Shown here: positions 20,690-32,153 of the stretch, piece by piece
How the letters are laid out: the number at the start of each line of letters is the position of its first letter
Numbering within the stretch: the first letter of the stretch is position 1
Source: a bacterium
GTDB lineage: Bacteria > Armatimonadota > Zipacnadia > Zipacnadales > Zipacnadaceae
Length of the DNA: 64,000 bases
Assembly (NCBI GenBank): GCA_030603495.1
Contig: JAUVXR010000010.1
Location: 5,499-69,498, forward strand
Direction: 5' to 3'
Program-made: the position numbers and the translations under genes
The notes under the pieces: model-generated
What the model saw: the letters and a program-made list of their open reading frames with translations, nothing else
Databases searched by the model: none
What the model was told of the DNA's origin: nothing

Positions 20690-21265
20690 CTATTGCACCC
20701 ACGGCAGCCACCACTCGCCCGTAATATGCAATTCCGGTATGCGCAAGGCCCCCCTCATCGCCATTACACACTCACCATAGGCGCACCGCAGGCGTGTCTC
20801 ATACTCCTCAAGTTGATCTCTGCTAATGCACTCTCGCGCTGCGAACATATTCTTCCCAACATTTATAAAATCAACGATCCTCGGATAGACATCCTCATGC
20901 ACCAAGAGAAGTTGCCTCGTGAAAGAGTCTTGAAGCGAGTTATACACGCACGAGATTTTTTCCCGGAACTGGTCACTGTCCTTGCGAGTTGTTCCCACTA
21001 AGACTAGCACCTCGGCCATATCGTGGGTCAGGTTCCGATATTCCTCAATGCATTGGCGATGAACTTCATGACTCAATGCATCGTGGCGCTTCCTCTGGTC
21101 AGCTAGCCACATCGCCCAGCCTGCAAGGAGAGCGAACCAGGGGGCCAGCACCTTCAACGCATCCACGTACCCGGGTGGTGCCTCCGCGAGCGCCACCAAC
21201 AGCACGCCTCCAATGAAACCTATTATCGCACCAAGCAACGGTCCAGACATGGATTTCCCGCTCAT
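20690..21265 (-). CDS. hypothetical membrane protein (2 TM helices plus helical domain)
   Basis: Open frame with ATG after GAGAGAGGG; more AT-rich codon usage than its neighbours. Confidence 0.65.
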   Translation of the reverse strand: MSGKSMSGPLLGAIIGFIGGVLLVALAEAPPGYVDALKVLAPWFALLAGWAMWLADQRKRHDALSHEVHRQCIEEYRNLTHDMAEVLVLVGTTRKDSDQFREKISCVYNSLQDSFTRQLLLVHEDVYPRIVDFINVGKNMFAARECISRDQLEEYETRLRCAYGECVMAMRGALRIPELHITGEWWLPWVQ

Positions 21266-21320
21266 TCTAGTCCCTCTCTCCCTAGCGCTCTTCGGCGCTG
21301 AGGCTGCGCCACCCGCCGGG

Positions 21321-21452
21321 CTATTCCCGCTGCCGGGCGCCGTACCACAACGCAAATATCACCCAAGCCAATACAACTACCACGCCCAGCGCGTAGGCCC
21401 AGGAACCCACCCCCCGCCACCACTCAACTGCCTCCCTACCGCTTTCGTTCAC
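21321..21452 (-). CDS. small single-TM protein (43 aa), paralog of 21811-22008
   Basis: GTG start overlaps the TGA stop of the HTH gene (GTGA); WAYALGVVVVLAWVIFALWYGAR. Confidence 0.6.
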   Translation of the reverse strand: MNESGREAVEWWRGVGSWAYALGVVVVLAWVIFALWYGARQRE

Positions 21453-21667
21453 CGCTCCCGCTGGGCCCGGGCCTCTTTTACCCGCTTGCGAAGCTCGCGA
21501 TACTTCGGCCCGGGATACACTCTCGGGGTCAGCCAGCGGTGGAAGGTACTTCGGTCTACCCGCACCGCACGACAGATTGCTGAGACAGACTCGCCTATCC
21601 TCAGCATATTGCAAATCCTGGTCTGTAGCCTATCCGTCAGTTTGGTGGGCCGGCCTGTAATGGCCAC
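21449..21667 (-). CDS. small helix-turn-helix protein (terminase small subunit/transposase-like HTH)
   Basis: GRPTKLT..ICNMLRIGESVSAICRAVRVDRSTFHRW pattern; GGAGGTGG RBS. Confidence 0.75.
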   Translation of the reverse strand: MAITGRPTKLTDRLQTRICNMLRIGESVSAICRAVRVDRSTFHRWLTPRVYPGPKYRELRKRVKEARAQRER

Positions 21668-21810
21668 TTCCTACCACCTCCATGCCGCAAGATGTCCGAT
21701 TTGGGTAATGCGCTATCCTTCTGCTTATACTGTCATCGCCAAGTACAGAATCCTCAGCCGTTCTGTGGCTACCCGACCGCGTCCCCGTGCTCCGGGGCCC
21801 CACGCCGCCA

Positions 21811-22008
21811 TTAGCGCCGGCTGCTGTACCACAAGGCGATCACGACCCATAGTAGTATAACTCCTGCCCCGAGGGCATAGGCATACACGCCCAGATCACG
21901 CACCCAGTAAGCTGCCTCCACAGCCAGCTCCTGCGCCAGGTCACCGAGCCAGAGCAGACGGTCGGCCAGCCAGTCAATTACCCGCTCCGTCGCGTCCTGT
22001 CGCATCAT
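21811..22008 (-). CDS. small single-TM protein (~65 aa), paralog of 21321-21452
   Basis: YAYALGAGVILLWVVIALWYSSRR matches the downstream paralog. Confidence 0.6.
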   Translation of the reverse strand: MMRQDATERVIDWLADRLLWLGDLAQELAVEAAYWVRDLGVYAYALGAGVILLWVVIALWYSSRR

Positions 22009-22042
22009 CAGTCTCACCACCCCGGTTCCTACCACTACCGGA

Positions 22043-22981
22043 TCACGTCTTCGCGTTGTCTCGCCCTGGCCCGGGCCGATGCCCCGGCGGCAGGTTGCGC
22101 AGCAGGCGGTCCAGGTACAGAAGGCGCAGGGCGGCATGGACCGTGAACCGTACACAGATGCCCAGCAATACCAGCCAGTTGGTCAGAAGACTGCGGCGCG
22201 CCGCGTAACGCTTCCAGTACATCCGCAGCATGCCCCGGTGGAAGTCCCAGAGCTGGCGCAGCGTCTTCAGCCCCATCGTCTGCCCGCCGCGATGAACCGC
22301 CTCGGCCTCGGCGACCAGCCAGACCTCCCAGCCCCTCTCCCCTATCCGCCAGTTCAAATCCAGATCGCAAAAGTTTATGGGAAAGGCCTCGTCCAGCCCG
22401 CCGACCTGCTCCAGACATTCCCGCCGCACGACGTATGCCGTGGTGCCAATTGACTCGGCGGGCTGCGTCTGGCTGTAGTCCACGTCCGGCGCGTAGTAGC
22501 CGCCCGTCCACGGGTTGCCCGGCCAGAAGCGGTGCAAGAACAACGACTGGGCCAGAGCCGCGCCGAGCGTCGGGAAGCGGCGCACGCACGGCTGGACTGT
22601 CCCGTCGGGATTAAGCAGCTTCGGGCTGGCCGCGCCGGCCGCAGGATGTTCGTCCAGGAACTGCACTACCCGATTCAATGCCCCCGGAGCCAGCACTACA
22701 TCGTCGTTGAGCAGCATCACGTACCGCCCCTGCGCCGCCGCCAGGCCCTGATTATTCGTCACGGGATACGGCCGCTTGACCGAATTGGTGATTAACTGCA
22801 CCTGCGGGAAATGCTGGCGAACTCTCCCCGTCGTACCGTCCCGCGAAAAGTCGTCAACGCAAGTGACCTCCACCACACCACGCGTGAAGCTGTCATAAAC
22901 CGACTCCAGGCACGGACGCAGGTCCGACCAGTTGTCAGCGGTGACGATGATAACGGAAAGGTCGGGTTCTGAATCTGGCAT
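22043..22981 (-). CDS. GT2-family glycosyltransferase
   Basis: LSVIIVT, VDDFSRDGT, LLNDD, VGGLDEAF..CDLDL motifs. Confidence 0.92.
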   Translation of the reverse strand: MPDSEPDLSVIIVTADNWSDLRPCLESVYDSFTRGVVEVTCVDDFSRDGTTGRVRQHFPQVQLITNSVKRPYPVTNNQGLAAAQGRYVMLLNDDVVLAPGALNRVVQFLDEHPAAGAASPKLLNPDGTVQPCVRRFPTLGAALAQSLFLHRFWPGNPWTGGYYAPDVDYSQTQPAESIGTTAYVVRRECLEQVGGLDEAFPINFCDLDLNWRIGERGWEVWLVAEAEAVHRGGQTMGLKTLRQLWDFHRGMLRMYWKRYAARRSLLTNWLVLLGICVRFTVHAALRLLYLDRLLRNLPPGHRPGPGRDNAKT

Positions 22982-22993
22982 TATTCCTCACCA

Positions 22994-23054
22994 GTACGAC
23001 GGGCGTCCCGCCCGTCGAGGGATAGTGGAAATGGGACAGGCGAGACGCCTGTCC
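22994..23054. repeat. inverted pair of REP-like palindromes (family C)
   Basis: GTAC-GACGGGCG-TCC-CGCCCGTC and GGACAGGCG-AGA-CGCCTGTCC just downstream of gyrB. Confidence 0.75.
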
Positions 23055-23064
23055 GAGAGATCGG

Positions 23065-25041
<1,977 letters not shown>

Positions 25042-25293
25042 CTAAGCTAGTACGGCGCAATTCGGACGCTCTCTTTAGGCGTAGACACAGTCTCTTAGTG
25101 CGGTCAGGACAAAGACTACTAAGTCTGCCCCAGGGAGGGTGCGCGAAGGGCAGAAACAGACGGCGGACTACCATCAGTAGAGGCTACAGCTGCGCGGAAA
25201 GTCCGGGGCCGACTACCTGCTCCATAGCCGTTCCTCAATGCCTCTTTCTTAGTACCCAGGCGCGTCCATTTCCATCCCGCTACTATGCCTATT

Positions 25294-25322
25294 ATTATAC
25301 CAAAAAACGCGGCTTTCGTCAA
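25294..25322 (-). promoter_or_regulatory. sigma70-type promoter for gyrB
   Basis: TTGACG-N17-TATAAT with an extended -10 TG. Confidence 0.8.
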
Positions 25323-25602
25323 GGAATTCGGGCCGATAATAACTCCTGAAACCCAGCGAATTCGGTAGAGCATTGACCAATATTTGCCGTCAAGGGCTAG
25401 ACAAAGGCTGCATAACTCTCCTTGCGTCTACCGACAACACGAAAATAGTTGTAACCCCCTCGCAATAACCTCGCGCCGTACGGCAAGAAACCCGCCTCGC
25501 AAGCAGGAGAATAAGCCCGCCCTAGCGAATGTTCCTGCGATCTGCACTCGTGTACATGGGTCGTGCGTCTTACCCACCAATCCAAGCCAAGGGAGTAGTC
25601 AA

Positions 25603-26610
25603 ATGACTCAAGCTGCACCGATTAGAGTAGGTCTCATCGGCTGTGGGGGCTATGGTCGACAACATCTCCAACGGATGAGCGAGATCAGGGCTGTAGAGCT
25701 CGTTGGGCTGGCTGATCCCAGCACCAAGGCCCGCGCTCTGGCGCGGGAGGTTGTCGAGCAGCCCGACCTGCCTGGATTTCGCGACCACCGCAGTCTTCTG
25801 CTCAAGATTCAGCCTGACGCGGTGGTGATCAGCACGCCTCACACACTGCATCATCGCCAGATACTGGACTGTCTGGAGGCGGGCTGTCACGTGCTGTGCG
25901 AGAAGCCGCTGATCTGTAGTACCCAAGATGCGCGAGACGTGATAGCTGCCCGTGATGCCACCGGCCGAATCTTGGGCATCGCCTACCAGCGGCACACCTT
26001 ACCGCCGTATATGTACTGCCGCGAGGTGATCGCCGCCGGTGCCATAGGTGAGGTTACCTTTGTTTCATGCTGGCAGGCACAGGCCTGGTATGATCTGAGT
26101 CGCGGTACCTGGCGCGTCAAACCCGAGCTGTCCGGCGGTGGGCAACTCAATGATGCCGGTAGCCATCTGCTCGACGCGGTGTTGTGGATGACACAACTCC
26201 AGCCCGAGGTGGTCGCGGCCTTCGTTGATAAATTGGATACCGAGGTGGATATCGTATCGGCGGCCAGTGTCCGGTGCCGCGGTGATTCATTGTGTAGCTT
26301 TTCCATAGTTGGCAATGCACCACTACCTGGTTTCGGCGTCTGGGAAGACATCGTGATCTGGGGCACCACAGGGACATTGACCATCCGCAACATGCAGGAC
26401 GTCTACTGCTTGAGACCGACTCACCCCCAACAGAAGGTTCCCCGGCGTGAGATGCCCAAAGGCAGCGGCCCCGACACCAATTTCATCGCTGCTATCCGCG
26501 GCGCCGAGGAGATCGCCGCACCCGCCGAGTGCGGCCTATCTGTCATACAACTCACCGAAGGAATCTTGCGCGCCGCTGAGAGCGGCAAAGCGGTGAAGAT
26601 CAAGCAGTGA
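25603..26610 (+). CDS. Gfo/Idh/MocA oxidoreductase
   Basis: VGLIGCGGYG, HVLCEKPL, GGGQLNDAGSHLLD; start moved to the ATG after GGGAG. Confidence 0.92.
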   Translation: MTQAAPIRVGLIGCGGYGRQHLQRMSEIRAVELVGLADPSTKARALAREVVEQPDLPGFRDHRSLLLKIQPDAVVISTPHTLHHRQILDCLEAGCHVLCEKPLICSTQDARDVIAARDATGRILGIAYQRHTLPPYMYCREVIAAGAIGEVTFVSCWQAQAWYDLSRGTWRVKPELSGGGQLNDAGSHLLDAVLWMTQLQPEVVAAFVDKLDTEVDIVSAASVRCRGDSLCSFSIVGNAPLPGFGVWEDIVIWGTTGTLTIRNMQDVYCLRPTHPQQKVPRREMPKGSGPDTNFIAAIRGAEEIAAPAECGLSVIQLTEGILRAAESGKAVKIKQ

Positions 26611-26635
26611 GGCACAGAAGTCATGAAGAGTTGTG

Positions 26636-26698
26636 GCGGGCAACCCGCTTTTTGGGAAAAAGCCGGTTTCCCGCACCTTTCCGGCAAAAACTTTTCAA
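26636..26698 (+). repeat. dispersed palindromic repeat family A, copy 2
   Basis: GCGGGCAACCCGCTTTTTGGGAAAAAGCCGGTTTCCCGCACCTTTCCGGCAAAAACTTTT between convergent genes. Confidence 0.85.
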
Positions 26699-26806
26699 AG
26701 TGGAAGTGTCAGCAGGAGCCCGTTCAATGGGTATCGCTTAAGCCCTAAGAGCTGCCCAAAGCACTACACCAACACCACTGACATGCGCCACTCAAAGTGT
26801 GCCCTA

Positions 26807-28117
26807 TCACCCCAGGAGGAGGTGGTCGGCGCATTCCGTGGCGCGGGTGATGATCTCGGCCTCGTCTACGGTCAGTATCTCGCCGTCATCCATAACGACC
26901 TCCCCACCAACAATGGTCGTTATAACGTCCGCGCTGCGGGCGGCATAGACCAGGTGGGAGACGGGATCGCGCGGCGGCTGAAGATGTACGCCCGTCATAT
27001 CCACTATAATGATGTCTGCGTGCTTGCCCGGCTCAAGCGTACCGATCACGTCGCTCAGGCCCAACGCCCGCGCCGACAGGCGAGTGGCCATGGTCAAGGC
27101 CAGCGGCGCCGGCAGTGCGGTTGGGTTGCCCGAATAGCCCTTCTCCAGCAGCGCAGCCAGGTGTACTTCCTCGAGCAAGTCGAGGTTGTTGTTCGAAGCG
27201 CAGCCGTCGGTTCCGAGGCCCACAACCGCTCCCGCCGCCAGCAACGCCGTCACCGGCGCAAAGCCGCTGGCCAGCTTCATATTGCTGCTAGGACAATGGG
27301 CGATGCCCGTCTGCTTCTCGGCGAGAATCGCGATATCATTTTTGCTCAAATGAACGCAGTGCACGGCCAGGACGGGCAAATCGAGCAATCCCAGGCTATT
27401 CAAGTGCTCTACGGGGCTTTGCCCACGGTCGTCGTAGCTGTCCTGGACTTCCGAAGCGGTCTCGGATAGATGGATGTGAATGGGAACCTCCAGATTCGCG
27501 GCGGCCTCCCCCACCTTCACGAGCAACTCGTCGGGGCAGGTATAGATCGCGTGCGGTGCCAACATCGGATGCACTCGGGGGTGCGCTTCTCGTCTCAGTT
27601 CGCCGACGAAGGCGATGGCCTCCTCAAACAGCTCCTGCGCATTGGGCAGAAACCCCAGGAGCACACCTGACGGGCAGGCCCTGATGCCACCGTCAATTGC
27701 GGCGCGTACGGTCTGCTCGGGCATATGATACATATCATTGAAGCAGGTCACCCCCGCGCGAAGCATCTCGCAGGTTCCCAGCAGACTGCCCCAGTAGACG
27801 TCGTCCGGTGTCAGGCGCATCTCCGCCGGCCAGATCCAGTCCTCCAGCCACGTCTGGAGGGCCATATCGTCAGCATAGCCGCGAAACAGGGTCATGGCCA
27901 GGTGTGTGTGCGCATTGACCAGCCCGGGCAGCACTACACAGTCGCTGGCGTCAATAGTCCTCTCGCCGCTCGGCTCCGGGGCAGCATCCGCCGGCCCGGC
28001 GTAGCTGATTAGGCCGCCGTCTGCACAGACGATGCCGTCACCAATCGGCTGCGAGTCCGCCGTCATCGTCAGCACAGTCCCGTTTACGATGCGCAGGCTG
28101 CTCAAGTCAACCGTCAC
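26807..28117 (-). CDS. amidohydrolase, MtaD-like (MTA/SAH deaminase)
   Basis: PGLVNAHTH, APHAIY, HIHLSET, HCPSSNMKLASG, GTDG motifs. Confidence 0.9.
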   Translation of the reverse strand: MTVDLSSLRIVNGTVLTMTADSQPIGDGIVCADGGLISYAGPADAAPEPSGERTIDASDCVVLPGLVNAHTHLAMTLFRGYADDMALQTWLEDWIWPAEMRLTPDDVYWGSLLGTCEMLRAGVTCFNDMYHMPEQTVRAAIDGGIRACPSGVLLGFLPNAQELFEEAIAFVGELRREAHPRVHPMLAPHAIYTCPDELLVKVGEAAANLEVPIHIHLSETASEVQDSYDDRGQSPVEHLNSLGLLDLPVLAVHCVHLSKNDIAILAEKQTGIAHCPSSNMKLASGFAPVTALLAAGAVVGLGTDGCASNNNLDLLEEVHLAALLEKGYSGNPTALPAPLALTMATRLSARALGLSDVIGTLEPGKHADIIIVDMTGVHLQPPRDPVSHLVYAARSADVITTIVGGEVVMDDGEILTVDEAEIITRATECADHLLLG

Positions 28118-28123
28118 CTCGGT

Positions 28124-28744
28124 TCAGGCCAGCTCCACCAGCCACGGATTGCTCCGCAACTCAGCGGCCAGCGTTGTTGTGGGGCCATGCCCTGGATAGA
28201 GAGCCGTATTCTCGGGAAACTCGTTGATTATCCGTCGCAGGGAGGCCTGGAGCACCGGTAAGCTGCCTCCGGGCAGGTCGGTGCGGCCAACCCCGCCCGC
28301 GAAGATGAGATCCCCGGTCAGCAGCGCGTTCTCGCTGTCCACCGCCAGACAGACACTGCCCGGGGAGTGCCCGGGTGTGTGGAGAATGCGAACGACCAGT
28401 TGACCGATCTCTATCCGGTCGCCCTCGCCGTAGGCCTGAAGCTGGGACAAAGGAGCCACGCCTAGCCCCGGCAGTGCGTAATCATCCAGCATAGGTACCT
28501 CATCCGGGTGCATGTAGACATCAGAGACTCCGGTTTCCTCGACCAGAGTCTGGACGGCGCCCACGTGGTCGGGATGACCGTGCGTGCACAGGATAGCCGT
28601 CAGTGCGGTCTGCTGCTGGTCCAACTCCCGCAGGATGAGGCCCGCATCACCACCTGGGTCAACTACCGCCGCCTCGGCGGTCGCGGGATCGGTCAATATA
28701 TAACAACTGGTCATCAACGGACCAACAGTCAACGGGATTATCAT
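28124..28744 (-). CDS. MBL-fold metallo-hydrolase (glyoxalase II-like)
   Basis: THGHPDH, HTPGHSPGS, GRTDLPGG, PGHG. Confidence 0.92.
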   Translation of the reverse strand: MIIPLTVGPLMTSCYILTDPATAEAAVVDPGGDAGLILRELDQQQTALTAILCTHGHPDHVGAVQTLVEETGVSDVYMHPDEVPMLDDYALPGLGVAPLSQLQAYGEGDRIEIGQLVVRILHTPGHSPGSVCLAVDSENALLTGDLIFAGGVGRTDLPGGSLPVLQASLRRIINEFPENTALYPGHGPTTTLAAELRSNPWLVELA

Positions 28745-28841
28745 ATTCAGCCTGCTCTTACCTTCTCTCTATATGTCACCACGCCCCCGCCGAATCGGTG
28801 GAGGCGCATAGATCTGTGAGTTGCTCAGTCTTTGCCTTCCA

Positions 28842-29678
28842 TCAAGCGCGGACACCCGAGCAGCTATCGGCTGGAACCGGCCCGCAGCGTTCCTGGACCC
28901 GTCGGACCAAATCCCGATCGTATTCGTCGAGTGCGCCGGCTCGTTGGTAATGAGGCTTCGCCTCTGGGGCCTGGCCCATGAACTCAAGATGCTCCGCCAG
29001 CAGGTAACGGTAGGCGGCATTGTCCGGAGTAATCTCTACACTACGCTGAAGCATTGCCAGGGCTTCTTCATCGGATCGCTGGCGGATGTAGGCCGTGGCC
29101 AGCCGCACGTGGTAAAAGTCGTCCCACGGACAGCACTCCACCGCCACCTGGTACGCCGCGGCGGCGGCCGCCCAATCCTGTTTGCGGAAGTATAGCTCGC
29201 CGAGCTTGAAATGGTAAAAGCCATGCCGCGGCGCGAGCCTTGCCGCTTGACGCAACGACTTTTCAGCCTGTTTGATCTTGCCGGCGCTTAGACATAGCCA
29301 ACCGAGCCGGTAGTGGTAGTAGGGCCGCTCCGGCTCACAGGCCACGGCCCGCTGCAAGGCGCTCTGGGCCGCGGTGAGCCGCCCACGGTAGCTCAAGAAA
29401 TCGCCCAGGCTCAGGTAGGAATCGCCGTGCCCTGGTGAGACGCGCAGCGCCTGTCGGTATATCTTAAGCGCCTTGTCCTCGTGCCCGGAGACAAAATAGG
29501 CATCAGCCAACCGCACCCGCACCTCGACGTCGCTGGCATCGAGGTTCGCTGCTTTCTTATACTGGGCGATTGCCTCGTCCATACGCTCCTTCTCGGCAAG
29601 CTCATCACCTAGCGACAAGTGAACCAGCATTTGGGTCCGGCGGAACTTCTTCTTGCGTCTAACACTGCTTCTGCTCAT
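28842..29678 (-). CDS. TPR repeat protein
   Basis: About 7 tandem 34-aa TPR-like units. Confidence 0.88.
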   Translation of the reverse strand: MSRSSVRRKKKFRRTQMLVHLSLGDELAEKERMDEAIAQYKKAANLDASDVEVRVRLADAYFVSGHEDKALKIYRQALRVSPGHGDSYLSLGDFLSYRGRLTAAQSALQRAVACEPERPYYHYRLGWLCLSAGKIKQAEKSLRQAARLAPRHGFYHFKLGELYFRKQDWAAAAAAYQVAVECCPWDDFYHVRLATAYIRQRSDEEALAMLQRSVEITPDNAAYRYLLAEHLEFMGQAPEAKPHYQRAGALDEYDRDLVRRVQERCGPVPADSCSGVRA

Positions 29679-29708
29679 ACCAGCCCTTGTTGCTCCCGTC
29701 TAGCCCCC

Positions 29709-30158
29709 TTAGCTGTGCGGCTCAGTATCTATAATCAAGGTCACCGGGCCGTCGTTGACCAGCTCAATCTGCATGGAAGCGCCGAACTGGCCCTGCCCCA
29801 CTGTCACGCCCCGTTCGCGCACAGCTGCTATAAATTGCTGGAACAGCTCCTCCGCCCGGCGCGGCTCTGCCGCCTGGGAGAAGCTAGGCCGGCGGCCCCT
29901 GGCCACATCGCCGTACAACGTAAAGTTCGGCACGACCAGCACCTGTCCCTCCACGTCGGCTAATCCCAGATTCATTTTGCCCCCCGAGTCCTCAAATATC
30001 CGCAGGCCGGCGACTTTGCGCGCCATCCAGTTGATCTGCTCGACCTCGTCGCTATCGGTAAAGCCGACCAGCACCACCATCCCCCGCTGAATCTGTCCGA
30101 CCACCTGCCCTTCAACCGTTACCTGGGCATGCGAGACTCGTTGGATTACCGTACGCAT
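29709..30158 (-). CDS. dtd: D-aminoacyl-tRNA deacylase
   Basis: MRTVIQRV, NFTLYGD..GRRPSF, NDGPVT. Confidence 0.96.
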   Translation of the reverse strand: MRTVIQRVSHAQVTVEGQVVGQIQRGMVVLVGFTDSDEVEQINWMARKVAGLRIFEDSGGKMNLGLADVEGQVLVVPNFTLYGDVARGRRPSFSQAAEPRRAEELFQQFIAAVRERGVTVGQGQFGASMQIELVNDGPVTLIIDTEPHS

Positions 30159-30173
30159 TGGCCACCTTCGCTG

Positions 30174-31442
30174 CTACCATAGCAGTTGGGGAGTGATCTC
30201 CCAGTCTACGATATCTACCGCTGCTTGTTCCTGTGGGCTCGTTGGCCCCGCCAATGTACTATCACCGCTCTCCTCGCGGATGAAGGCCCCATCGTTGTTG
30301 ATCTGGACGAATTCGGTGGGGTCAAATATGCGAATGGCATCGTTGCCCAGCGGTCCGAGTCCGTCGTAGGTATTAGCATCGGGATCGGTGACAATTGGAT
30401 CGAAAATGAGGTCGGTCGTGGTGATGAAGTTGATGCTGATATTGGTGATGTTGGTGCCTAGTTTCGCCAAGTCAATCGTCGCCTGCAGTGTGTCGCTGCC
30501 ATCAGGCGGGACGGACGTATATGGAGGCCCCAGGGAGGTGGCTGTCGTGCCAAGCTCCAGTCCGACCACGGCCCGGTCACCAACCGCCAAGTCACCTGTT
30601 ACGAAGGCCACCCCGGGGATCGGGGGATTCCCCGTTGACTGCGAGGAGTTCGCCGTCACTGTGGCAGCACTAGTCGTAACATCCCCCGTGCTGGCGCTCT
30701 CGAAGGCAACGTCTACATCGGCGGTTGCGGGGGCGATGTCAATGCTCTGGCTGCCGCTGAAATCCGGGCCGGAGGCCAGGGTGAGGGTCAGCCCGAGCTC
30801 GTCCAACGAATCTGCTGCCAGCAATGCACCGCCGTTGAGTGTGTCAACCTGCGCTTGTTCGGCAGCATCTAGCACCCGTCCGCCGTCGGCGGCAGGTGTG
30901 AAGACCACCGACCCAAGCACCACGGTCCCGTCGGCATTAGTCGCCAACGCCAACGTGCCCGCATTCTGGTCGGAATCGTTGGTCACCGCGTCAATCGCAC
31001 CGGTGCCCGTCAGTATCACTGCTCCCAGCGTCACTGCCGTGACCGTAACGGTGCACTCACCGGCATCTCCACCAGTAACATCACCAACCACATCTAAAAA
31101 ACCGCCCGAAAGACTGCGGATCACCACGTCAAGGTCGGCGCGCCACAGCTCGTAGTCGCCGTGGCTATACTCCAGGAAATGCGTAATCGAGCCCGTACCC
31201 CAGCCGTTGCCCCAGTACGGCCCGGCAGCCACCGGCACGGGGAAGTCGGCCCCCTCGTCCGCATCGCTGTCGAACGCGACATAGTAGTAGAAGGCATCGT
31301 TGACTGGCCCATCCATCTGCCAGACAATCTCCAGTACCGCCTCCGGCACCGGACTGGGTATCCCTTCGCCACCCCGAGCACAGCCCCCCAGTGCGACCAC
31401 CAACGCCAGTACGGACGCTGTCAGAGCGCTCCGCCAGCTCAT
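30174..31442 (-). CDS. hypothetical lipoprotein with a T/A/D/G-rich central region
   Basis: Lipobox LGGC; long open frame overlapping the upstream stop (ATGA). Confidence 0.8.
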   Translation of the reverse strand: MSWRSALTASVLALVVALGGCARGGEGIPSPVPEAVLEIVWQMDGPVNDAFYYYVAFDSDADEGADFPVPVAAGPYWGNGWGTGSITHFLEYSHGDYELWRADLDVVIRSLSGGFLDVVGDVTGGDAGECTVTVTAVTLGAVILTGTGAIDAVTNDSDQNAGTLALATNADGTVVLGSVVFTPAADGGRVLDAAEQAQVDTLNGGALLAADSLDELGLTLTLASGPDFSGSQSIDIAPATADVDVAFESASTGDVTTSAATVTANSSQSTGNPPIPGVAFVTGDLAVGDRAVVGLELGTTATSLGPPYTSVPPDGSDTLQATIDLAKLGTNITNISINFITTTDLIFDPIVTDPDANTYDGLGPLGNDAIRIFDPTEFVQINNDGAFIREESGDSTLAGPTSPQEQAAVDIVDWEITPQLLW

Positions 31443-32116
31443 TCCTGCACCCCACGACGAGCTATACCCCGCCGCAAGAGTTCCTGCGGGTTGTCTACCA
31501 GAACCTGCTGGAGCCGGTCGTCGGGAATGCCTGCCCCCTGCGCGACCTGGCGGGCAAATTCCTCAGTGAGATAATCGCCCGGCGCGTGGCCGTCGCTGTT
31601 GATGAGCAAGCGAGCCCCCACTGCCAGCGCCAGTCGGGCGACAAGCCCGTTGGTCAAGCAGTGCCCCTGCCGCGAGGTTATCTCGACAAAGACATCATTT
31701 TCCGCCGCCAGATGTGCCTCCTCCTCAGTGAACAGCCCCGGATGCGCCAGGATGTCTACCTGCGGGCAACTGACCGCCGCCAGGTTGGTGCCTGGCTCGA
31801 CCGGCTCGACAATGCTCTCTCCGTGGACCACCACCAACTCGGCGCCCAGCTTGCGCGCTTGCGCGGCCAGTTCGGCGACTGCGGAGACCGGGACGTGAGT
31901 TATCTCCACGCCTACCAGGCAGACGAAGTTCCAACGTTCGGCAGCGAGCCTCGCCTCCCCCCTCACCTCTTCGATAATCCGCTGCATTACCCCCGCACCA
32001 ACGTGGTCGGCGATACCCATTGCGGTATAGTCGTTGGCGATGCAACGGCGTATCAGCTCGATCGGCGACAGCACACCATCACTGAGAAACGTATGAGTGT
32101 GAAAATCGTACAGCAT
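31439..32116 (-). CDS. PHP-domain protein (histidinol phosphate phosphatase domain-containing family)
   Basis: DFHTHT..SDG, ADH, GVEITH, HGE, LAHPG, NSDGH. Confidence 0.9.
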   Translation of the reverse strand: MLYDFHTHTFLSDGVLSPIELIRRCIANDYTAMGIADHVGAGVMQRIIEEVRGEARLAAERWNFVCLVGVEITHVPVSAVAELAAQARKLGAELVVVHGESIVEPVEPGTNLAAVSCPQVDILAHPGLFTEEEAHLAAENDVFVEITSRQGHCLTNGLVARLALAVGARLLINSDGHAPGDYLTEEFARQVAQGAGIPDDRLQQVLVDNPQELLRRGIARRGVQE

Positions 32117-32153
32117 TGCCAGAGCTGCTCCTTTCCGATATTTCTCCCTGCGG

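Noticed and set aside
25373..25393. TTGAC-N11-GTCAA palindrome as an operator
   Set aside because: Equally explained by back-to-back -35-like hexamers in a divergent promoter region; no second copy seen.
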